Source: Dubosiella newyorkensis
Lineage (GTDB): Bacteria; Bacillota_I; Bacilli_A; Erysipelotrichales; Erysipelotrichaceae
Direction of reading: 5' to 3'
Assembly (NCBI RefSeq): GCF_001945605.1
Contig: NZ_MPKA01000087.1
Location: forward strand, 54,007 to 86,006
Length of the DNA: 32,000 nt
Shown: positions 1 to 7,233 of the stretch, piece after piece
Layout of the letters: the number at the start of each line of letters is the position of its first letter
How positions within the stretch are numbered: position 1 is the first letter of the stretch
Made by a program: the position numbers and the translations under genes
Notes under the pieces: generated by a model
Told to the model about the DNA's origin: nothing
Databases searched by the model: none
Seen by the model: the letters and a program-made list of their open reading frames with translations, nothing else

Positions 1-60
1 GCTCGAGGAAAATCCGCCTCCACAACAAATCGCGGCTTTGATTATGACGTCTTCCTTTCT

Positions 61-771
61 TTATCGCGTTTTTTGAAATACGAACTCATCTTCGCTCGAG
101 TGCTCGGGACAAAACCGATAGTCTTGCCGGTCAAATTGTTTGATTTCATCGACCGACTCGATCCAATGCTCTGCCATATAACGGACCATCTCTCCACGCG
201 CCATTTTCGCGTAGACTCCTTTTTCTTTGCCATCCACATCGAGAAAACGAACATCAATCAGCTTCTTATATGGGCGGATCGTTTTCGCGTATTCTTCGCT
301 TGCTAGATTGAGGATGATGTCGTCTTCAAGCGCATCGGCGATCCGCGCACCCCAAAACGCGTATAAAGATCTTGGCTCGAACAAAAGTTTTGTCTGCATC
401 TCTAAGCGATACGCTTCCACTTGATCGAAAGGACGCAAGATCCCATACATTCCTGAAAGGATCCGCAGATGGTTTTGAACATATTGAAGCATGTCATCGT
501 CAAAAACATGAGGAGCCATATATTGAAAAGCGATCCCGGAATATGACAGCAAAGCGCACCCTTGTTCGGGATGCACTGTTTTATAGAGCGCTTCTACTTT
601 TGCAAGAAGCTTGTCGCTGACCTTCATCATTTTTTTGAGCTCCATCGAAGTACAACCCGAAAGCAAAGCGCGCAGCTTCTGGCTTTCCTCGAAAAAAAGC
701 GGTGTCGTATAGGGGAAGGGAAAGTCGTCGGTAAATTTCATTTGTTTCGTAGGCGAGATGATGATTTTCAT
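61..771 (-). CDS. yaaA: YaaA / UPF0246 (DUF328) peroxide-stress family protein
   Basis: 236-aa ORF opening MKIIISPTKQM, the characteristic YaaA-family N-terminus. Length is typical for the family. No clear SD upstream. Confidence 0.85.
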   Translation of the reverse strand: MKIIISPTKQMKFTDDFPFPYTTPLFFEESQKLRALLSGCTSMELKKMMKVSDKLLAKVEALYKTVHPEQGCALLSYSGIAFQYMAPHVFDDDMLQYVQNHLRILSGMYGILRPFDQVEAYRLEMQTKLLFEPRSLYAFWGARIADALEDDIILNLASEEYAKTIRPYKKLIDVRFLDVDGKEKGVYAKMARGEMVRYMAEHWIESVDEIKQFDRQDYRFCPEHSSEDEFVFQKTR

Positions 772-851
772 AAAAATATCGTAACACGTTTTTCAAAAAC
801 TGCCTATAATAGAATCGAAATGGTAGAAGAATTGAGGAAGGGAAGATTAAA

Positions 852-1901
852 ATGAAAAAATTGCCATATGTTGATGAACAGGAAGTCGTTCATCTTTTTG
901 AAGATCTTGTCAACGTGCCTAGCGTCGTCGCGTATTATCCGCAGATCCATGCTTGGATGGAGAAAACATTGAACGAGTACGGCTACTCAGTATTCTATGA
1001 CAACAAACGAACCTTGTATGCTAAGCTGGAAGGGAAAGATCATTCCAAAACAGTGTGTTTTGGGGCGCATTTGGATACGATCGGCTTGATCGTGCGTCAA
1101 GTCGACCCGAATGGCTGGATCCAAGTTAAAAATCTGGGAGGGGTCAATTTTCATTCCATCGAAGGCGAAAATGTTTATATCCACACGCGCCAAGGAAAAA
1201 CGTATACAGGAATGGTGATCCATCAATCGCATTCTGTGCATGTGTTCGACGATGCCAAAGACGCTAGCCGCGATGTTTCAACGATGCGGATCCTTCTTGA
1301 TGAAGAGGTCCATTCGGATCAAGATGTCTATGATCTTGGTATTGAGCATGGTGATCTCGTATCGATCGAACCGCGGTGTATCATCACACGCTCTGGTTAT
1401 ATCAAATCCCGACACATTGATGATAAAGCTTGCGTCGCCTCTTTATTGGAAGCGATGAAATGCTTAAAGGAGAATCAAATCATTCCTGAATACGATACTT
1501 TGTTCGCTTTCCCGATCTATGAAGAGATCGGGCATGGTGGAGCTTATGTTCCTAGCGAAGTCGATACCTATATCGCGTTGGATATTGGTTTGATCGGGCC
1601 AGATTATCATGGAACGGAAAAAAGTGTTTGTATCGGAGGGGCGGATGCGTACTCGCCATACGATTGGGAGCTGACTACGAGGCTGTATACGTTGGCTAAA
1701 ACGTATTCGATCCCTGCATGTATTGATATTTATTATCGGTTCGGATCGGATGGAACAGCCGCCATACGTGCTGGACAGAATGTAAAGGCAGCCGTCTTTG
1801 GGATGGGGTGCATGAATTCTCATAGCTATGAAAGGACCCACGTATCTTCGCTTGTCGAAGTTTCACGTTTAGTCTTGGCGTATTTGATGAATGAAAAATA
1901 G
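852..1901 (+). CDS. M42 family metallopeptidase (glutamyl aminopeptidase / YsdC-like)
   Basis: 349 aa with M42-type motifs FGAHLDTIG, SRHIDDKACVASLLEAMK and FPIYEEIGHGGA. SD gaggaaggga lies upstream of ATG 852. Confidence 0.85.
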   Translation: MKKLPYVDEQEVVHLFEDLVNVPSVVAYYPQIHAWMEKTLNEYGYSVFYDNKRTLYAKLEGKDHSKTVCFGAHLDTIGLIVRQVDPNGWIQVKNLGGVNFHSIEGENVYIHTRQGKTYTGMVIHQSHSVHVFDDAKDASRDVSTMRILLDEEVHSDQDVYDLGIEHGDLVSIEPRCIITRSGYIKSRHIDDKACVASLLEAMKCLKENQIIPEYDTLFAFPIYEEIGHGGAYVPSEVDTYIALDIGLIGPDYHGTEKSVCIGGADAYSPYDWELTTRLYTLAKTYSIPACIDIYYRFGSDGTAAIRAGQNVKAAVFGMGCMNSHSYERTHVSSLVEVSRLVLAYLMNEK

Positions 1902-1904
1902 GAA

Positions 1905-1937
1905 AAGGAGCGGATCAATCGTGATGATCCGCTCCTT
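1905..1937. terminator. Bidirectional hairpin between convergent M42 peptidase and arsR-family genes
   Basis: Perfect 12-bp stem aaggagcggatc (1905-1916) / gatccgctcctt (1926-1937) with a 9-nt loop. The right arm lies inside the last codons of the minus-strand regulator gene. Confidence 0.6.
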
Positions 1938-2274
1938 CTTTGATATGTTCTAGAGCGACTTTCAATACTGAATGGATGTGTTCGTCATCCAATTCATAGA
2001 AAATCGTTTTCCCTTGTCTTCTTGATTTGACTAGTTTGGCTTGCTTTAGAGCCTTGAGCTGATGGGAGACCGCGCTCCGCGACATTTTTGCGACATTCGC
2101 AAGATCGCTTGCGCAAAGCTCTCCTTTTTCAAGGGCCATCAAAAGCATCAAACGACTCGGATCGCCCATGATCTTGTAAAAATTCGCTAATTGTTCGATC
2201 TGCTCGGCGGCAGGCATATATTGGAGCGCGCTGAAGACTCTTTTTTCATCTTGAACATCGTAAAGAAAATCCAT
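1915..2274 (-). CDS. ArsR/SmtB family metalloregulatory transcriptional repressor (alpha5-site type)
   Basis: 119 aa with the wHTH segment ELCASDLANVAKMSRSAVSHQLKALKQAKLV. The C-terminal DEHIHSVLKVALEHIKE fits the SmtB/CzrA alpha5 ligand spacing D-x-H-x10-H-x2-E. SD ggaggga precedes the ATG. Confidence 0.9.
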   Translation of the reverse strand: MDFLYDVQDEKRVFSALQYMPAAEQIEQLANFYKIMGDPSRLMLLMALEKGELCASDLANVAKMSRSAVSHQLKALKQAKLVKSRRQGKTIFYELDDEHIHSVLKVALEHIKEGADHHD

Positions 2275-2298
2275 TCAGGTCCCTCCATTTCTTTCATA

Positions 2299-2327
2299 AT
2301 TATAGTCGATGCGCTTTTTATTATCAA
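2299..2327 (-). promoter_or_regulatory. Putative sigma-A promoter of the ArsR-family gene
   Basis: On the minus strand, TTGATA (plus 2322-2327), a 17-nt spacer, then TATAAT (plus 2299-2304), about 25 nt upstream of the start codon. Confidence 0.55.
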
Positions 2328-2344
2328 ATGTGGAGTGTTTTCCG

Positions 2345-2378
2345 TTTTCAATTTTTCAAGAGTTAATTATAATTAACT
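2345..2378 (+). promoter_or_regulatory. Putative feoA promoter with an 18-bp perfect palindrome over the -10
   Basis: TTTTCA (2345-2350), 17-nt spacer, TATAAT (2368-2373). The -10 sits inside the perfect palindrome AGTTAATTATAATTAACT (2361-2378). Confidence 0.5.
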
Positions 2379-2403
2379 TTGTAAATTAGAAATGAGGCGA
2401 ACT

Positions 2404-2622
2404 ATGACTCTAAAAGAAATACCAAAGGGAAAAAGCGTGGTTGTTCGGCAAATCAACACCAACGAACAAACGCGACGGCGGCTTAGGACCCTTGGAATGC
2501 TGAGTGGTACCCCCATCGAGGTTGTTCAGCGCAAGCAAAATGGAACACTCGTGATCCGATTAAGAGGAACACGATTTGCGTTAGGAAAAGAATTGAGTGA
2601 ACAAATCGAGGTAGAGGCATGA
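2404..2622 (+). CDS. feoA: FeoA family ferrous iron transport protein
   Basis: Small SH3-like FeoA sequence (LKEIPKGKSVVVRQI...LRTLGMLSGTPIEVV). I prefer ATG 2404 (GAGG 2394-2397, 6-nt spacer) over the ORF-track start 2392, which has no SD. The stop overlaps the feoB ATG (ATGA). Confidence 0.85.
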   Translation: MTLKEIPKGKSVVVRQINTNEQTRRRLRTLGMLSGTPIEVVQRKQNGTLVIRLRGTRFALGKELSEQIEVEA

Positions 2623-4640
2623 AAAAAGAGATCACTGTCGCATTTATAGGAAATCCAAACTGTGGGAAGACAACATTGTTCAACGCTTATACAGGAGCGA
2701 ATCTAAAAGTCGCGAATTGGCCGGGCGTCACGGTGGAACGAATGGAAGGAGCGATCGAAGATCATGGTCATAAGATCAAGCTTGTCGATCTTCCAGGAAC
2801 CTATTCCTTAACTTCGTTTACGATGGAAGAAAGCGTATCGCGCGATTTTATCGTCTCGGATGAAGTCGATGTGATCGTCGATGTTGTCGATACTTCGTCG
2901 CTTGAACGTTCGCTTTATCTCACATTGCAGCTTCTTGAATTGAATAAACCAGTCGTGATCGCGGCCAATATGATGGATATCGTTGAAAAAAGAGGGATCG
3001 ATCTCGATCTTCATCGGCTCTCTGAAATTCTTGGAGTACCTTGTGTTCCTGTCGTGGCGCGCAAGAAAAAAGGCTTGAAGGCGCTCATGCATGCTGCCCT
3101 CCATCAAGCGGAAGAATCGAACGCCATCAATCATCAGCCTATGGAAATTGAAAGAGATATCGTGCGCGATCACGCGATGATCTATACGAGCGATATCGAA
3201 GAAAAGATCGGTCAAGTCGAAGATCAAATCCCTGTTGATGCAAATCGAAATCGGTGGATCGCGATCGGATTGTTGGAAAACGACGAAGTGCTCCAGCAAA
3301 AGTATCCGCTTGATTTAAAAAAGATCGCCGGTGAATCGATCTCGGATCGGATCGTCAATGAAAAATACGATTATATCGAACGGATCATGCATGAAGTGCT
3401 CCTCGGCAAGGAAAGCAAAGAAGATCTGACAGACAAGATAGACAGTTATTTGACCCATTCTATATTTGGGATTCTGTTTTTCTTTTTGATCATGGCTCTC
3501 GTCTTTATGCTGACATTTACGATTGGTGATTATATATCCGGTTATTTAGAGACTTTGATCGAAATGTTCAATGACGCGATCCATAACTTCCTCCTTCAGA
3601 TCCATGTATCCGATTGGCTCATTTCATTGGTATGCGATGGAATCATTTCTGGAGTGGGAGGAATTATTACGTTTTTGCCAAATATCACGATTCTTTTTAT
3701 CGCTCTGGCCTTTTTAGAAGATTCTGGATATCTGGCAAGAGTCGCCTATGTGATGAATGGCATCATGGGAAAGCTAGGCTTGTCGGGAAGAGCATTCATT
3801 CCTATGGTTTTAGGCTTTGGCTGTACGGTGCCAGCGATCATGGCGAGCCGCACTCTCGAATCGATGAAAGATCGAAGACGAGTCATGCTCATCACGCCAT
3901 TCATGTCTTGTTCTGCCAAGCTGCCGACCTATATTTTACTTAGCGGCATGTTCTTTCAAGAACATGCGATGTGGATCGCGTATTCGATGTATTTGATTGG
4001 CATCCTTGTCGCGCTGGCGGTCGCATTTATAAGCTCCAAGATCGAAAAAGCGAAGGAATATAAGCCGTTGCTCATTGAACTTCCTATCTATAAAATGCCA
4101 AGCCTTCATACCGTATATGTTTACGTATGGGAGAAAGTGAAAGACTTTTTGCAAAAAGCAGGAACAACGATCTTTATCGCTTCGATCGTCTTGTGGGTCC
4201 TATTGAATTTTGGAATCCATGGCTATTCGAGCGATATATCTTCATCGTTTGCGGCGATGATTGGTAAGACGATCACGCCAGTCTTAGTTCCTGTTGGACT
4301 TGGTTTCTGGCAGATCGCGGTGGCCCTTCTTGCTGGGATCTCAGCCAAAGAAGTCGTCGTTTCGTCTCTTGGCGTCTTGTTTGGGATCTCGGATCTGAAT
4401 TCTGTTTCGGCTGAAGGAGGGATGCAGCAAGCGCTGCTGATGATTGGCTTCAATTCTTTGAACGCCTACTGCATGATGCTTTTTGTATTGCTTTATATTC
4501 CTTGCTTTGCCAGTTTGGCCACGATCAAGAAGGAATCAGGTTCTTCTTTATATATGTGGAAAGCGGCAGCTTTCCAGCTCGCGATCGCTTGGCTGATCAC
4601 ATTCATTTTTTATCAAATCGCAAGAATATTCTGGGTGTGA
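2619..4640 (+). CDS. feoB: Ferrous iron transporter FeoB (G-domain plus polytopic membrane domain)
   Basis: 673 aa with N-terminal G1 motif GNPNCGKTTLFN, followed by a long hydrophobic permease region. Translationally coupled to feoA. Confidence 0.95.
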   Translation: MKKEITVAFIGNPNCGKTTLFNAYTGANLKVANWPGVTVERMEGAIEDHGHKIKLVDLPGTYSLTSFTMEESVSRDFIVSDEVDVIVDVVDTSSLERSLYLTLQLLELNKPVVIAANMMDIVEKRGIDLDLHRLSEILGVPCVPVVARKKKGLKALMHAALHQAEESNAINHQPMEIERDIVRDHAMIYTSDIEEKIGQVEDQIPVDANRNRWIAIGLLENDEVLQQKYPLDLKKIAGESISDRIVNEKYDYIERIMHEVLLGKESKEDLTDKIDSYLTHSIFGILFFFLIMALVFMLTFTIGDYISGYLETLIEMFNDAIHNFLLQIHVSDWLISLVCDGIISGVGGIITFLPNITILFIALAFLEDSGYLARVAYVMNGIMGKLGLSGRAFIPMVLGFGCTVPAIMASRTLESMKDRRRVMLITPFMSCSAKLPTYILLSGMFFQEHAMWIAYSMYLIGILVALAVAFISSKIEKAKEYKPLLIELPIYKMPSLHTVYVYVWEKVKDFLQKAGTTIFIASIVLWVLLNFGIHGYSSDISSSFAAMIGKTITPVLVPVGLGFWQIAVALLAGISAKEVVVSSLGVLFGISDLNSVSAEGGMQQALLMIGFNSLNAYCMMLFVLLYIPCFASLATIKKESGSSLYMWKAAAFQLAIAWLITFIFYQIARIFWV

Positions 4641-4674
4641 AATTTCACACCCAGAATATTCTTGCTTTTTTTTT
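4620..4674 (+). terminator. Rho-independent terminator formed by a 46-nt perfect palindrome plus T9
   Basis: gcaagaatattctgggtgtgaaa|tttcacacccagaatattcttgc (4620-4665) is perfectly self-complementary and is followed by nine T (4666-4674). The left arm encodes the last feoB residues (ARIFWV) and the stop codon. Confidence 0.85.
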
Positions 4675-4689
4675 GGAGTGATGTATACT
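4662..4689 (+). promoter_or_regulatory. Possible promoter for the HMA / P1B-ATPase pair
   Basis: TTGCTT (4662-4667), 16-nt spacer, TATACT (4684-4689). The -35 lies in the descending arm of the feoB terminator. Moderate match only. Confidence 0.35.
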
Positions 4690-4703
4690 AAAAGCGTAAA
4701 CAG

Positions 4704-4731
4704 TTGAATGATTGATAAATTGTTCAATCAA
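4704..4731 (+). promoter_or_regulatory. Imperfect inverted repeat, candidate ArsR/SmtB-type operator
   Basis: TTGAATGATTGAT-AA-ATTGTTCAATCAA, with 9 of 13 positions complementary between the arms and outer TTGA / TCAA ends. It sits between the putative -10 and the SD (aaggagga) of the HMA gene. Confidence 0.35.
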
Positions 4732-4740
4732 GGAGGATAT

Positions 4741-4957
4741 TATGAGAAAAACGTATAAAATGGAAGTCGATTGCGCGACATGCGCCTCGAAGATCGAAGA
4801 TGCTTTGAACAAGCTTGATGGAGTGAAAGAAGCGCGTGTCAACTTTATGACGCAAAAACTCATTTTAGATATTGAAGGGAAAGATATCGATACGATCTTA
4901 GTCGAGGCAAAAAAGATCGCAAAAAAAGTGGACCGAGATACGGAGATCTATGCTTGA
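4741..4957 (+). CDS. Stand-alone heavy-metal-associated (HMA) domain protein
   Basis: 71 aa from ATG 4741 (SD aaggagga at 4730-4737). The metal-binding motif VDCATCASKIE resembles the GMDCAxCAxKxE motif of ZntA/CadA N-terminal domains. The ORF-track start 4712 lacks an SD. Confidence 0.8.
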
Positions 4958-4960
4958 TTT

Positions 4961-6820
4961 ATGAGTAAAAAACAAAAAAAAGGGCTCTATCGTATTATCG
5001 TCACAGCCATCTTGTATGGGATCGCGATCTATAGTTCGCATGCTTTCGCTTTGAATACGTGGCAAACCATGCTTGTATATTTGATTCCTTATCTTTTGAT
5101 TTCGTATGATGTTTTGATCAAATCGGCTGAGAATATTTTTCATGGCGAAGTATTCGATGAAAATTTCTTGATGTCTTTGGCTTCGATCGGCGCGATCGCT
5201 CTCAAGGAGTATCCGGAAGCTGTCGCGGTCATGCTTTTTTATCAAGTCGGCGAGTGGTTTCAATCGTATGCAGTCGATCGTTCTAGAAAGTCGATCGCTT
5301 CTTTAATGGATATCCGTCCAGATTACGCAAATATAGAAATTAATGGCAAGATCGAAGAAGTCGATCCGGAAGAAGTCAAAGTAGGGGATGTGATCGTGAT
5401 CAATCCAGGAGAAAGAGTTCCTCTTGATGGTACGGTGATAAAAGGAACTTCGTTTTTAGACACATCCGCATTGACGGGTGAGTCTGTCCCTCGATCGGCC
5501 AAAGAAGGTTCGGAAGTCATTTCTGGATGCATCAACCAAAGCGGGGTCCTTTACGTGAAAGTCAGTAAGCCGTATGTGGATTCGACCGTGGCTAAGATCC
5601 TGGATCTTGTCGAGAACGCTTCCAATAAGAAGAGCCGTTCAGAACAATTCATTACGCGATTTGCGCGTATCTATACGCCAGTAGTTGTCTTTCTCGCGCT
5701 GGCTTTAGCGATCATTCCTTCCTTGTTCGATGGGCAATGGAATGTCTGGGTCTATCGTTCTCTTTCTTTCCTAGTCACATCGTGTCCATGCGCGCTTGTG
5801 ATTTCGGTTCCGCTTTCTTTTTTTGGCGGAATTGGTGGCGCGAGCCGCAAAGGGATCTTGGTCAAAGGAAGCAACTACTTGCAGATGCTTTCTGAGGTCA
5901 AGACGATCGTGTTTGATAAGACAGGAACGCTCACCAAAGGGAATTTTCAAGTAACGAATGTTCTTCCGGTGGATATGAACAGCGAACAGCTTTTGCAGCT
6001 GGCGGCAAGTGTTGAAGCGTATTCTACGCATCCGATCGCTTTATCGATTCAAAAAGCTGCGCAAAAACCAACAAAACCTTTCGATGTGCTAGATGTGCAA
6101 GAAGTCGCCGGACATGGTATGAAAGCTAAAGTCGATGGTAAAGAAGTCATGATCGGAAACGAAAAAATGATGCGTTCCATTGGTTTGGAATCTTTGCCTC
6201 AAGGAGATGGATTTGGAACTTGTGTTTATGTATGTGTGGAGAAAAAATACGCAGGGATGATCGAAATCGCCGATGAAGTCAAAGAGGATTCGAAAGTCGC
6301 GATCGATCTACTTCGTAATTATGGTGTGAAAAAGTTTATCATGCTTACAGGAGATAGTGAAAGTGTCGCCCAAAAAGTCGCCGATCACTTAGGAATCGAT
6401 GAATATCACGCTTCGCTGTTGCCAGCGCAAAAAGTCGAATATTTGGATCAGATCTTAGATCAAAGAGATCCTAAGGAGAAAGTCGCATTCGTAGGCGACG
6501 GGATCAATGATGCGCCTGTATTGACCCAAACGGATGTAGGGATCGCAATGGGCGCTTTAGGAAGCGATGCAGCGATCGAGGCGGCCGATATCGTCTTGAT
6601 GGAAGATCAGCTTTCCCAGATTGTGACCGCGATGAAGATTTCGAAAAAGACGCTTTCGATCGTCTATCAAAATATAATTTTTGCTTTAGGAATCAAAATT
6701 CTCGTTTTGATCTTTGCGGCTTTAGGAATCACGAATATGTGGGTAGCTGTCTTTGCGGATGTAGGGGTGGCGATCTTAGCGATCCTGAATGCGATGCGTG
6801 CGATGAAAGTCGACGCCTAA
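4961..6820 (+). CDS. Heavy-metal translocating P1B-type ATPase, Zn/Cd/Pb (P1B-2)-like, lacking a fused N-terminal HMA domain
   Basis: 619 aa with TGES, SCPCALVISVP (CPC in TM6), DKTGTLT, STHPIA and GDGINDAP. A TM8 FADVG aspartate and a TM7 Lys (LGIK) are typical of ZntA/CadA. The gene starts 3 nt after the HMA gene stop. Confidence 0.92.
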   Translation: MSKKQKKGLYRIIVTAILYGIAIYSSHAFALNTWQTMLVYLIPYLLISYDVLIKSAENIFHGEVFDENFLMSLASIGAIALKEYPEAVAVMLFYQVGEWFQSYAVDRSRKSIASLMDIRPDYANIEINGKIEEVDPEEVKVGDVIVINPGERVPLDGTVIKGTSFLDTSALTGESVPRSAKEGSEVISGCINQSGVLYVKVSKPYVDSTVAKILDLVENASNKKSRSEQFITRFARIYTPVVVFLALALAIIPSLFDGQWNVWVYRSLSFLVTSCPCALVISVPLSFFGGIGGASRKGILVKGSNYLQMLSEVKTIVFDKTGTLTKGNFQVTNVLPVDMNSEQLLQLAASVEAYSTHPIALSIQKAAQKPTKPFDVLDVQEVAGHGMKAKVDGKEVMIGNEKMMRSIGLESLPQGDGFGTCVYVCVEKKYAGMIEIADEVKEDSKVAIDLLRNYGVKKFIMLTGDSESVAQKVADHLGIDEYHASLLPAQKVEYLDQILDQRDPKEKVAFVGDGINDAPVLTQTDVGIAMGALGSDAAIEAADIVLMEDQLSQIVTAMKISKKTLSIVYQNIIFALGIKILVLIFAALGITNMWVAVFADVGVAILAILNAMRAMKVDA

Positions 6821-6836
6821 TCAAGATACGAAAAAA

Positions 6837-6862
6837 GCGGATCTTATGGATTCGCTTTTTTT
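6837..6862 (+). terminator. Rho-independent terminator after the P1B-ATPase gene
   Basis: 7-bp stem gcggatc / ggattcgc (one G-U pair) with loop ttatg, followed by T7 (6856-6862) and preceded by A6. Confidence 0.7.
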
Positions 6863-6953
6863 CGAATTATGTATAATGAAGGACAGTTAGTTTATTCTAA
6901 CTAATAGATTTATATCATACTTTTGATTCCTTTGACAAGCACAATAGTCATAA

Positions 6954-6982
6954 TTGACACATTTTTTATTCTGTTCTATACT
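6954..6982 (+). promoter_or_regulatory. Sigma-A promoter of the thrS T-box leader
   Basis: TTGACA (6954-6959), 17-nt spacer, TATACT (6977-6982). Confidence 0.6.
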
Positions 6983-6988
6983 CAAAGC

Positions 6989-7210
6989 AATGATATCGAT
7001 GAGGATATGATCGTGCGTGATCGAATGTAGAGAGAAGGGCGGCTGGTGAAAGTCCTTCGCAGAACGTACGATTACTCCCTCTGAATCGCCCTTGAAAAAG
7101 TGTGCCGTATTCTTGCGTTAAAAGAAATTGAGGTGCATGCGTGAAAAAAGCGCATGAACAAAGGTGGTACCGCGTGCGACAGACGTCCTTTGAAGTCTGT
7201 CGCTTTTATT
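6989..7210 (+). promoter_or_regulatory. T-box riboswitch leader (threonyl-tRNA responsive)
   Basis: Stem I elements AGAGA (about 7030) and GGTGAAAG (about 7045). The conserved T-box sequence aacaaaGGTGGTACCGCG lies at 7157-7174. Terminator stem gcgacagac (7176-7184) / gtctgtcgc (7195-7203) is followed by TTTTATT. Located directly upstream of thrS. Confidence 0.9.
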
Positions 7211-7233
7211 ATGGAATCAAGGAGGAGAAAATT

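Noticed and set aside
1-60. Possible partial gene or terminator at the left edge
   Set aside because: Only 60 nt are available. The open frame there continues as an antisense shadow of yaaA, and the candidate hairpin (gagg/cctc) is only 4 bp.
2361-2378. Reading the feoA palindrome as a Fur box
   Set aside because: It is AT-rich and overlaps TATAAT, but it is an even 9+9 palindrome. It does not align with the 7-1-7 Fur/PerR/Zur consensus or with more than one NATWAT hexamer. It is kept as an operator of unknown specificity instead.
2808-3299. Long antisense or alternative-frame ORFs inside annotated genes (for example 2808-3299, 10574-10915, 14004-14441, 15619-15969, 19231-19665, 24386-24703, 26892-27248)
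   Set aside because: They are shadow ORFs opposite or out of frame to well-supported conserved genes. They have low-complexity or Arg/Ser-rich translations, no SD and no recognisable motifs.
4645-4863. Minus-strand 72-aa ORF ending in the same ARIFWV peptide as FeoB
   Set aside because: It is an artefact of the 46-nt perfect palindrome, which makes both strands read identically there. The rest is antisense to the HMA gene and its SD.
7141-7233. ORF-track N-terminal extension of thrS starting at GTG 7141
   Set aside because: It would translate the conserved T-box sequence and the terminator stem. It has no SD and no TGS-like sequence, whereas a perfect SD plus ATG occurs at 7234.
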